Translations under genes and position numbers: made by a program | Assembly: GCA_002269645.1 (NCBI GenBank) | Contig: NIVC01000345.1 | Coordinates: 77,485-141,484, forward strand | Direction: 5' to 3' | DNA: 64,000 nt | Source: Macrostomum lignano | Lineage: Eukaryota | In this document: positions 1 through 10,749 of the stretch, piece after piece | How positions within the stretch are numbered: position 1 is the stretch's first letter | Layout: each line of letters opens with the position of its first letter | Notes under the pieces: generated by a model | Seen by the model: only the letters and a program-made list of their open reading frames with translations | Databases searched by the model: none | Told to the model about the DNA's origin: nothing

Positions 1-128
1 CAACAACAGGTACAATCTCTGTGCATTGGAGTTGGGGGATTTCGGCGTTACGATCTTGCCCATAACTTATCCCCTGCAACTTCATGATGCTGGAGCAATA
101 CGAACTAAAAAATATTTTGATTTTTCAG

Positions 129-3100
129 ACAAGGCACAGAAACTACAGTGCTAAGCCGAGCGCACACGTCGGTAAGCAAAAAGTCTGTCAGCTTTCTGGA
201 ACAAACTGAGGACAATAGTCAGCATCAACTGGCGTCGAGTGAGGCTGTGGAAGCTGAACCGGAACCAGAAGCACAGGTAAGATGTTCTTGAGTTGTGCTT
301 ATCTTTGTCTCAAATCAGTGTTCAAGTAAAGACTAGACTACTGTTAGATAGTGTCACCTGTTGGACAAGATATAGTGACACCTGTTACGAGTACACAGGG
401 GATAGTGTCACACCTGTTAGACAGGAGATAGTGTCATACCTGTTAGACAGGGGATAGTGTCACACCTGTTAGACACGGGATAGTGTCACACCTGTTAGAC
501 AGGGGATGGTCTCACACCTGTTAGACAGGGGATAGTGTCACACCTGTTAGACAGGGGATAGTGTCACACCTGTTAGACAGGGGATAGTGTCACACCTGTT
601 AGACAGGGGATGGTCTCACACCTGTTAGACAGGGGATAGTGTCACACCTGTTAGACAGGGATAGTCTCAACTGTCAGGATCAGGTGCAACCTGTAGCATG
701 AGCAACACTCCTGGTCAATAAAATTTCCAGCCCGAGCCGTCAAAACCCTCTGGTCGTCCAATCGTGAAGAAGACAAAGCAGCCGCAGCAGCCGCAGCAGC
801 AGAAAAGAGCCGCCGCGGCAGCCGAGAAGAGAGCCAAGCAACGCCAGCAGAAGCAGCAGCGTCAGCCACCGCCGCCACCCCCTGCAGCGGCCGCTGAGCC
901 GGAGAAAGACGCAGATGCAGATGCAGAAGCAGCTGCGGCTGAGCAGGCGGAGCTGGACCGCCTGACAGCTGAAGCCGAAGCTGCCGCTGCCGCCGCTGCC
1001 GCCGCAACCGAAGCCGAGGACAGCCTACTGGAGCTTCTAGAAGGTGACGAAAGTTTGCTTGACGAAGAAGAACTCGCCGAGCTGAAGGCGGCACTCGCAG
1101 CCGAAGACCTTGAAGACGAGGACGAAGACGAGGACGAAGGCGACGACAGCGAGGAGGCGCAGCTGCGGCGACGTCAGCGCCGGGAGGAGCGCGAACGGCG
1201 GCGCAAAGCTGAGCAGGAGTTGCGCAAGGCGGAGCTCCGACAGCGCAAGGAGGCCGCCCTGCGACGTCGCGAGGCGGAAGCTCAACGAGAGCGGGAGGAG
1301 TCCGACCGGCTGCAGGACATCGAGGCGGCCCGCCGGGCTCGGGAGGAGCAGCGGCGGCAGCGAGAGGCGGAGATCGCGGCCGCTGAGGCTGCTGCTGCGG
1401 CGGCTGAGCGCGAGGCTGCCAGGGCGGCCGCGGAAGCTGCAGCTCGAGAGGCGGCAGAGGCAGCAGCCGCGGCCGACGCTGAACGACGCCGCGAGCTGGA
1501 GGAGCGGGCCCGAGAGCTGGAGCTGCTGGCCCAGCAGGCTGCCGAGGCCGAACGGCTGAGAGTCGCCGAGGCTGAGCGACTCAGATTGGAGGCGGAGGCA
1601 GCTGCTGAAGCTGCCGCGGCCGCTCTGGCCGAGCAGCAAGCGGCGGAGGCGGCAGCAGCCGAGGCGGCGAGGATTCGAGCGGCTGAAGCGGCCGAGGCGG
1701 CGGCGGAGGCGGAGCGGCTTCGAAGAGCGGCTGAGCAGCGGCTTGAAGAGGCTCGGCGACGCCGGGCAGCCAATGCGGAGCTGCGACGCGAGAGCACCCA
1801 GCTGGGCTGGGCGCAGAGCATCTCGAGGCCGTTTGTGTTCTCCTACTTCACCAACTGGCCCAGGGAGCTGTGGGAGACGTGAGTGGCGACAGATGTTTCT
1901 TTCTTGTAAAACGAGGACATGAATAGGTCGTGCAGAAGAATCTGCCACACAATCGGCTTACAGGAGTCGTTTTAAAAGTTTAAAGTCAATTTCAGAGATG
2001 TCTAAATGGCTGGTTGAAGACCCTAAGAGTGCCGAATCAAGATGGGTTGTCTCGCTGCATGTCTAGTGGTCGAATGGTCTGACGAAATTATTAACTGTAG
2101 TTAGATCTGGTCCAGGCTCCATTCCGATGGAAAACCCAAGGGACGTACATCCGCTCGTAATTGTCTATAGGGCTCCAAGTTTCGATTTTTTTCATGGAGT
2201 TAAGATAGATGTATCATCGACAATCTTAAGAAAATTTGCTAAGTTGCTTGCTAAAATTCGCTCTGCTCCGGAAGCATTTGCTTAAACCTTGTAAATCAAC
2301 TAATGACAAAGCACATAATTACGTCCTTTTGGAGGTCCAGAAGGTGAGATTTTGACAGTTTAGTGCAATTGAAGGTGATTTATTTTCGGTTCGTGAGGAT
2401 GAGGTTAAAACTGTAGCCTACGCTTTGTGATTCCGTTTTTGCTTGATCAGCAAAGCTATAGAGAAATTGTCAACAGGGAGTCGCCTGGTGTCACCCGTTG
2501 AAGAGTGCCGACGGCATCGGGGTGATGATGAATGCTTGAATTGACAGACTTTTTGAGCATACATAGCAGTTGGCGCTTGCCCATTGTCGAAGCTTGATCC
2601 GATACATCTGCTAGATAACTTCGCAATAGGGTGTCCATATAGTCACCTCGAAAGAAATTTTCTGGGGGGGGGAATTCCCGGTATTTCTACTGTTACAAAG
2701 GTAATGGTCGATTTCTTCCGAAGTAGTGTTCTATATTGAAGTAATAAATTATCTCAATAACAATTGTTTCGTGTCAGAAAATGTGACTCAACTTTTTAAA
2801 AATCTATCGTAAGCTAGAATGGTTATGCTCTTTTTAAAAGCACCATCTTCCATATAAAAAAACTTATTTCTGAGTACTTTTAGAACGATAAAGACTTCTA
2901 ACATTCACAAAAACATTTTGCTGGTCTCAAACTACGACTAATTATTGGAACAAATAAATAAACGACATGCGATTATTGTATTTAGTGGAGAGCAGCAGTT
3001 TCAGTTTCCAACCACAGACGAGTCTCGGTAAAGTTTAGCGCCTTATTTCTTTGGAAAAATATCTTTGGTTTGTTTTATTTGCAACAGCTAACTGGGCTGT

Positions 3101-3580
3101 CACGAATTTAAATAAAAAATAAGATTTCTCACAACACCGGTCTTTTTGTCTTGTATACCATACCCTCTGATCGCGACTCTTAAACGAAGTCACAAAACCC
3201 AACAATTGAAATTCGTGCCATAGAACTGGAAAGTCTCAAAAAACTCTATTCGAATATATTTTTTGTTAAAACTGTGTCGAAATTGCGTGTTTTAACTAAC
3301 TGCAGGAAAACGCCGTACAATATAACAGTTCTTGAATAGGTGCTTTCTTGAAATTCCAATGGTTCTATAATGTCTTACAATATACATAGAGTACAATTAC
3401 TAATTTATCTCTCTCTTAATCTTGTTCCACAGACCTATCGGTGGCGGTGTCAACAGGCAGAAGGTGTACAAATTTCCCAAGAAGTCGGCAGAGTCTGCAA
3501 CTGCGCCGGTAGTCGAAGAGGCCACCGGGGCCAATTCACAAGGAGCCGATGCTGTTGGCAGCCAGCCAAGCCCAGGCTAA
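129..3580 (+). CDS. 3' part of an Ala/Glu/Arg-rich coiled-coil protein gene, C-terminal motif resembling KIAA2012/DUF4670-type proteins; 5' exons lie outside the window
   Basis: Exons 129-276 (tttttcag|...cag|gtaaga), 731-1878 (tttccag|ccc...ac|gtgagt) and 3433-3580 (ttccacag|a...taa) join in frame (phases 0 and 2). The middle exon is the 372-aa ORF-track product with (E/A/R)-rich coiled coil and QSISRPFVFSYF. The last exon reads PIGGGVNRQKVYKFPKK...SPG*. AATAAA at 3698-3703. The family assignment is from recalled motif similarity only. Confidence 0.7.
347..670. repeat. 26-bp minisatellite (TAGTGTCACACCTGTTAGACAGGGGA)n, gene 1 intron
   Basis: Period 26 (481, 507, 533). Confidence 0.92.
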
Positions 3581-4877
3581 TTACCTGACTGACACGCAGG
3601 GTTTAAACGTTCCGCTTTGTTTGTGTTTAATTTTTACTGTGTAAAGCATCAAACTACCGCGGTAACCATGGACAACTAAAGTAGATCAGGACAATCTAAT
3701 AAAGTGGGTATGTTTTCACTGCAAAATTAATTCGCGCGAAGTAAGTTTACAGATTTTTTTGAATCTATAGCTATTACCATAAAATCAAGAAAAAAATCTG
3801 TTACTAATTCAGTTTTAATTGGAACTTTAGTCGATGTAATCTCTGTTCAACTGGTAGCATTTCTAGAATTAAAGAAATAGTTTAACTTGTGGTTCGTAAA
3901 GTTTAAATTCGAAAATTACGAGTATACAGCCCAGATAATGGTGCCCTATGTTACAGCTTACGTGTACATGCGATGATGTACAACTGACGGACGGTTACCT
4001 GCACGAACCACCTGATTTATATGCCACTATATATTACTTTTCTTATTGATTTATTGTCTTATTAATCCTCTAATAGTAAAAATCTAACTTACTAATCTTT
4101 TTTAAAACACTCACTGCTTTGTCATTTAATAAAAAATATACGATCATGCACTTAACTATAATTTATATTAACGGTTAGACCGCAACTCGTCCGCCTGAGA
4201 ATTGCGGCCTGTTCCATGGTATCTAATTTAGTTTTGAAGTCAAGAAAGCAAAGATTAAAATTACCTTCACAAAGTTTTTTAATTGCCCTTTTAGGATATA
4301 TTCTCCACAAATGGACATGTGCATATGTAATTAACAGCATCATTGCAATAATGACACAAGACTCCGCTTGCATCACATAAATTCTATCTACTTGAGTTCA
4401 TGTACCATAAATGATGTGCCGTCTACACATTATATGGTACATGTAATTGATTATCTGAAGATCTGCTTTTTTACTTTATATTTTGATGAACTCTCAGCAG
4501 ATCAACACAGGGAAAGAGTTATAACGAATACAGCCTATGTGCAGTTTGTTTTTTATTGTTTTGATCATTAAATAATAAATTTGCATTATGCACAGAAAAT
4601 ATTATGTGTACATTCATACATGTTATATACAAATGTACAAATATGTTATTTGATTAACCTGTGTACCGGCCCAGTGTTGTACAGGAAATCATGTATAAGA
4701 AGTCTCCGCCGATTTGTTATTCAGTTCTTTGTTGTCTGAGGAGACGGGATCTGATATTTAGATCCCTTTTTTGTTCACCGAGGACAATTAAGGTACGATA
4801 AAACATACATGTAACACGTACATTTATAATGTATGCAGCTTGGGATGCATTATGCGTGTCTGGAAATTATGTAAATA

Positions 4878-5022
4878 ATAAACGCCGTTTAATTCACATT
4901 CTGTGGTTAGAATGTCCGAGGCTGCGTTTAATGGTCTCGAGGCGAGCGTAGCGAGCCGAGGACCATTGATTGTAGCCGAGGATATTCTAACCATAGACTA
5001 TGATGAATTAAACGGCGTTTAT
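4878..5022. mobile_element. Short foldback (palindromic) element
   Basis: Perfect 19-bp inverted repeat ATAAACGCCGTTTAATTCA (4878-4896 / 5004-5022), an inner imperfect 20-bp IR and a central GCGAGCGTAGCGAGC. Confidence 0.65.
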
Positions 5023-6773
5023 CATATATTAAATTCGATTGCTCCTGATTTCGAGGAGATTATATGATATAATATCCTAGTTTTGTTAAAAATTACCACA
5101 GACAACACATTCCCGGCTCTGAATAGTACAATTTTTAACGATTAAATAAGCAATCGTATTTTATATATTTTTATAACAAAACATTATATCAAAAACATGT
5201 CTTTGAAATGTGCAAGAAAGCCATGCAAATCGGTTCAGTTTGTTCTGAAAGTGACTGCTGAAAGAATCAGCATTTCTCAGCTTCGGTAATGGGCCGTATG
5301 CAGAAAGCTCTGTCTAGGGTAGTCCGGTCTTGAAAAGCTAGTCTGGACTTGGATTTAGTATGCAGAAACACAAAGTTAGACTGGTCTACTATAGACAGAA
5401 CAAAGGTAGCTAGACCAAAGTCCGGACTACTACTACTACTACTACTAAATAAGTAATATGGCGCCTCAGCCATTGAACAGGCTCTAATTACGCCACTAGG
5501 AATGAATTAGGATCCATGTTGGGAGTGTACTAATGTACACTAGGTTTCTAAGCTAGGCTAAAAGAGGACTGTGGCCATCAAGCCGAGCAGGCGACACCAG
5601 TCGGGCTGAGGGCGCGGGCCCTACCCCCTACCGTCGGGGCGTCGCACCTACTCCAAACTCAAATCAAAACCTCCTCGGGGCTAGAGGGGGTTGAGTGAAC
5701 CAATCAGGGAAGCCCGTGCCTTCTCCTGGGTTAGAATTAGCCAAAAAACCGGTCATATGACCGCCCCCACGGCCGTGGCGACCCGAAGGAACCTCCCCAC
5801 CAACTAAACCCCGGGTACTCTTGCCAGACAGTCTCTCATCTTTGAAGCGGCGGAGGGCTATTCGCCAGGACTGTTTCACCATTTGCTTCGCCAACCCGCC
5901 ATTTTAATAGTGGCCGTGCCAACGGCCCCGTCCTGCTCAGACTCAGTCCTGGTTTTGGCACACTCCAGCTTTAATAGAATCGCTGGTCTGTTCACCAGAG
6001 GACACTCCGAGGGAGACCGTCAGAGCATCAACTGGAACAGGTATAGGCCTGCCTTCCTATACAGCTACCCACAGCCACAGCCCCCTTCCTGATCTACCCT
6101 CTAACCCAGCCTACTAACTCATTACAAGCTTTCAGCCAGGCAGAGACAAGTGTCACAGGAATACTGCGGTTCGGCGTCTCTATGCGAGACAAAACCAACT
6201 ACCCAAGTCCGGACTAGCTAGTCTGGACTAGGCTTTATACATATGGCGCGGCCCAATGTATTTTACAAGTTTTACAAAGAGTCTGTAGACTCTTTTGGAT
6301 ACACATTATTAAAGGTAAACAAACCACTTAAAACAGCAAACTATAAATCAAATCTTTCAATTTCAACTGAATAAGTCGCTTATAGTTTTACTATTTTTTT
6401 CCTTTACGATCATATTTGATTTACTGATGTAACTATTTTTATTATCGCTTTTAACTTTTTTGTCTTGCCTTTATCATCGACGCGCGGCGCGTTTACTGAA
6501 ACATCCCTGATTATTTGTGTTTTGTTGTTTCGCCTATTGTTTGTAACTTTGTACTGGGGCAAGGCCAGCTATCCCTAGCTGGCCAACTCACTAACTAACT
6601 AAGCCGAAAAAAATTGCTGTTTGTCTAGACAGATATATAGGTTTGAGTAATTAGTTGTTGGCTTGTTTTTAGTCGTGAAGTTTTTACTACTGTGGTTCTG
6701 GCGTGTGTGTAGATCATTTCTTTTTTACACTAATTTGTTTCTTAATTCTAAGCCTGCATTATTATATAAAATG

Positions 6774-7044
6774 CAGGGGCGTAGCCAGGATTTTTTTTTG
6801 GGGGTATCGGTTAGCTGTTATCAGAAAGCAAGGGCTTGAGATCCACTTATCCCCTTAATGTATTTCTAGTGCATAATACATATAATTACTCTATTTGTTT
6901 GTTAATTGTTATTCTTTCGATTTGGATACCTTTCTCTTCCTTAGTTAATGGTCACAATTGCAACTGAAAAAAGGAAAAAAAATGTTGCTTTGGAAATTTG
7001 GGGGTATCGGCCGATATACCGATACCCCCCTCGCTACGCCCCTG
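6774..7044. mobile_element. hAT-type MITE (271 bp)
   Basis: 12-bp TIR CAGGGGCGTAGC / GCTACGCCCCTG, 8-bp TSD ATAAAATG at 6766-6773 and 7045-7052, subterminal GGGGTATCGG motifs. CAG termini plus an 8-bp TSD fit the hAT superfamily. Confidence 0.85.
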
Positions 7045-8213
7045 ATAAAATGTTTTTGAACAACACATTGTACTCGTACATCGCATAAAATTGTATCAAG
7101 ATTAAAGAGGCAGTAAAAAGTTGTAAAAAGTATGCAGAATAGGCCCATGCCATGCCATGCCATCGACATCGATAGTATAATTTTTATAAGTTTTATGCCT
7201 ACAGCAAAATAATATTTTGGAATAGAAGGCATATTTTAAACTGGAAATAGACGTTTTTATCATTTTTTATTTGTTTTAGGTCTACATAATAAGAAACTTT
7301 AATTATATATAATAAACAAACTTAATAAAAGGTTAATTATAAATTATAATATGCCGAATTATTTATTAACTATTGATTAAGTCCAGGAGGGCCTCCATTA
7401 TAATGTCTCATTTCAGAATAATGGAAATAAAAAATAATATGTTTTTATTCCAAAAATTAGATTAACTTTTGTTGGATCTATATATGTTAATTAATATAGC
7501 AGTCAGAGATTGCATTGAGTCTTCTAAACAAACTTGTTTTACTATAATAACTTAAGACATTGTATTGTAATAATAGGAAAGTCACCATATCTATTATATT
7601 ATGTGTACCAACTAACTTTTGCCAACCTGGCTAAAATCTAAAATTTATACTAGAAATTTCTAGTGTATATTGCATGATCTCTAATGTAGGTTAGAGACAT
7701 AACAAATTAACAAACAACATATTTTTATTTAAGTCTATTGTAAAAACTTATTATATCCAATCTGTTATATTTATATTTATTTAATGCTATATGCATGATA
7801 TAAACCAAGTTCTTAGATCACCAAGGCTTTATAAGCAATTTTAATAATTTATTTATTATTGCAATCATTATATTAAAGAAAATATTAACATATCTAACTT
7901 AATAACATATTATTGACAATTTTTGACAAAAGTTTAGACAATTTTAGAGATATTATATAAAATAAGAAATATAATAATAAAAGTATAAGACCCATTTGTG
8001 TATTTTTTAGTTAAAGATTAGTAATTAAGCCTTTAAGTGATATTAGTAAAATAAGTTTTTAGTTTTTAAAATAAATTTTATTAAAGCATCAACAGCTAAT
8101 ATTAGCCAAAGATAAGGGTAACAAGGCTAGTAGTTTAGCACATTTGCTACTAAGTTAAGCTAGTAGCAAATGAGTTGGTTAGGTTAGTATATAGCTAAAT
8201 GGGCTACTTGTGC

Positions 8214-8520
8214 TGTCGCGACTTTCCTAGTCATTTCTTAGTTCACCTTCATTTGTCTCTGTTTACTCCGTTTTCTCTCTCTCTGTCTAGCTCAATCTTG
8301 TTATTCTTATCTCTCTCTCCCTTGCTGCGTTCTGATTGGCTCTCCTTTCTCGCCTCTTTCCTCAGTCGCGCACTCCACCCCCTCTCTTTATTATTCTGGG
8401 CTCAGCCCCCCAAAGTTAAATGTTCTATAAATATATCGGTTTGGGCCCTGCGCCCACTTACTGCTCCTTCAATTTAACTCCAATTAAATAGTTTGTAGTT
8501 TAGTTAGTATTTTTTTTACA
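8214..8520 (+). repeat. 5' LTR
   Basis: TGTCGCGAC...TACA; TATAAATA at 8426-8433. The ORF track gives an identical peptide from both LTR copies. Confidence 0.93.
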
Positions 8521-8624
8521 TGGCGCCCAATGTAAAATAATTAAGTCAATTCAGTAAGGCTGGCAAAGGCCATGCCATCGTCATAGTCGTAACCCTCCAC
8601 CAGTCATCTCGTCATCCCGTCTGT

Positions 8625-9250
8625 CGGCCTCATCGCTTCGTTTGTCGGCCTCATCGCTTCGTCTGTCGGCCTCATCGCTTCGTCTGTCGGCCTCATCGCT
8701 TCGTCTGTCGGCCTCATCGCTTCGTCTGCCGGGGTGCGTCCTGCGGTGTCCTCGGTCTCTCTCGTCTCAAATTCTCTGCCGGGGCGCCTCAGGGCTCGCC
8801 TGCCGGATCGTCTCTTCGCTCATCGTCTGCCGGGGGTGCGTCCTGCGGTGTCCTCGGTCTCTCTCGGTTCAGATTCTCTGCCGGGGCGCCGCGGGGCTCG
8901 CCTGCCGGATCGTCTCTTCGCTCGCCTTCCGGATCGTCTCTTCGCTCGTCGTCTGCCGGGGGTGCGTCCTGCGGTGTCCTCGGTCTCTCTCGGTTTCCAA
9001 TTCTCTGCCGGGGCGCCGCGGGGCTCGCCTGCCGGATCGTCTCTTCGCTCGCCTTCCGGATCGTCTCTTCGCTCATCGTCTGCCGGGGGTGCGTCCTGCG
9101 GTGTCCTCGGTCTCTCTCGGTTCAAATTCTCGGCCGGGGCGCCTCGGGGCTCGCCTGCCGGATCGTCTCTTTGCTCATCGCCTGCCGGATCGCCTCAGGG
9201 CTCGCCTGCCGGATCGTCTCTTCGCTCATCGCCTGCCAGATCGCCTCGTT
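8625..9250. repeat. GC-rich internal repeats of the LTR element
   Basis: About 4-5 copies of 21-bp TTCGTCTGTCGGCCTCATCGC, then four 102-127 bp units (GTGCGTCCTGCGG anchors at 8734, 8836, 8962, 9089). Confidence 0.88.
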
Positions 9251-9607
9251 AATTCGTCATTCAATTTTTTCTTTCACCATGTAGTCACAATGTAAAAAAT
9301 TAAATTAATTTTTAGGGGGGAGGGCGGATATATTCAGGGGAGGGAGGGTATATTCAGTCTTTTCAGTCTTCTCATTGGTTCAAAAACTACTCAATAAAAA
9401 TCTAAGTTTAAAATTCGGTCTAAATATTTGCATTCGCTCTACTGTTTTTGTATTCAAATTCTTAGTCATTATGTATTTTTCAAATCGTTTTATACACCAT
9501 TTATTGTGAATGTGTTTTTCAATTTAATTCGACCTAATTTTAACTCATTAATTTCAATTGGTAATGGTACTCGAAAATTCAAAAAATGTTCCATTTTTTG
9601 GGGGGAG

Positions 9608-9914
9608 TGTCGCGACTTTCCTAGTCATTTCTTAGTTCACCTTCATTTGTCTCTGTTTACTCCGTTTTCTCTCTCTCTGTCTAGCTCAATCTTGTTATTC
9701 TTATCTCTCTCTCCCTTGCTGCGTTCTGATTGGCTCTCCTTTCTCGCCTCTTTCCTCAGTCGCGCACTCCACCCCCTCTCTTTATTATTCTGGGCTCAGC
9801 CCCCCAAAGTTAAATGTTCTATAAATATATCGGTTTGGGCCCTGCGCCCACTTACTGCTCCTTCAATTTAACTCCAATTAAATAGTTTGTAGTTTAGTTA
9901 GTATTTTTTCTACA
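9608..9914 (+). repeat. 3' LTR
   Basis: Same 307 bp as 8214-8520; I see one difference (T/C) in the terminal T-run. Confidence 0.93.
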
Positions 9915-10350
9915 TGTGCAAATTACCCAACAGTAGTGAAATATGGCTTGCATAAGAGTTTAAACAAGGAAGTTGTCTATAGTTTGTAGAGCAAACTCAG
10001 TACAATTCAGCCCATTCATATACTAAATTGTTTGTCTGAAATATGTCTAGAGTCAGATTTTTACTATAGAACCTTGGGGATTAGTCCTCAATGGGTGTGA
10101 ATTACATGACAAATCCCAGTCAGTTTTTATGGATAAACACCAATATAGGCTGCTCTACCTCTGGAAATCCCTTTTTGGCATTGTTGTGTCATGACTTATT
10201 TCATTGGGGCTGCAATGGTGAGGGTTGTCAAGTGAGTAGGCTGCATATTAGTACTCTCGTATCATCTCTAGTTAGCACAGTACATCCATTGAAGTAGAAA
10301 CCTTGTTTTTAATTTGTATTTAATGTGTAAAATGGAGTTGCAGACTTGCA

Positions 10351-10594
10351 TAATAATAATGAGAATTGATTACACCTGCATCAATTGGGCTGTTCAGTCC
10401 AAGGACTGGGGGAGGGGGGTTGCCACACACACCCTCAATTACCCCAGCTAATGCTGGCATCCATTTTACAGCTGGGTGAACTGAAGCAATACAGAGTTAA
10501 GCGTCTTGCTCAAGGACACAAATTGTTCCAGTGGGATCGGGAATCGAACCCCTGACCTTTAAGTCGTGAGTCCGACGCTCTAACCACTAGACTA
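10351..10594 (-). mobile_element. tRNA-derived SINE with CORE-like central domain
   Basis: Minus strand: A box TAGTCTAGTGG, B box GGTTCGATTCC, then GTGTCCTTGAGCAAGACGCTTAACTC...CAGCTGTAAAATGG (CORE/V-SINE-like) and an (ATT)n tail. The tRNA acceptor stem is incomplete. Confidence 0.82.
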
Positions 10595-10749
10595 AAAGTA
10601 AAACTGCAGGCTTACAACTAAATACAATAGTTATGATATAGTTATGATATATGCACTTGTTTCCAAGTCTCCTTTATTGATTGAAACTCTCTCCCTAAAT
10701 CTCTGTCAGCACATATTCCAGCAGTCTTAGACAAGCCTTAACTTGTTCA

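Larger units (their letters stand above)
8214..9914 (+). mobile_element. Non-autonomous LTR retroelement (TRIM-like), structurally intact
   Basis: 307-bp TG...CA direct repeats at 8214-8520 and 9608-9914. TGTGC target duplication at 8209-8213 and 9915-9919. PBS TGGCGCCCAA at 8521 (matches tRNA-Lys(CUU) 3' end). PPT GGGGGGAG at 9600-9607. No gag/pol in the 1087-bp interior. Confidence 0.93.

Noticed and set aside
1880-1882. TGA as the true stop of gene 1
   Set aside because: It overlaps a perfect GTGAGT donor (1879), and an in-phase coding exon follows at 3433-3580. It could still be used if the intron is retained.
651-1948. Overlapping antisense and alternate-frame ORFs (147, 303, 179, 149 aa)
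   Set aside because: They are shadows of the GC-rich, low-complexity sense exon.
2000-3360. Possible decayed protein-coding relic in the gene 1 intron
   Set aside because: Only short broken frames with no secure motif.
7200-8200. AT-rich tract as a mitochondrial insertion (NUMT)
   Set aside because: No recognisable mitochondrial protein, rRNA or tRNA motif was found by eye.
10520-10594. tRNA gene on the minus strand
   Set aside because: The acceptor stem is incomplete and the sequence runs into a SINE core and (ATT)n tail, so it is treated as a SINE head.
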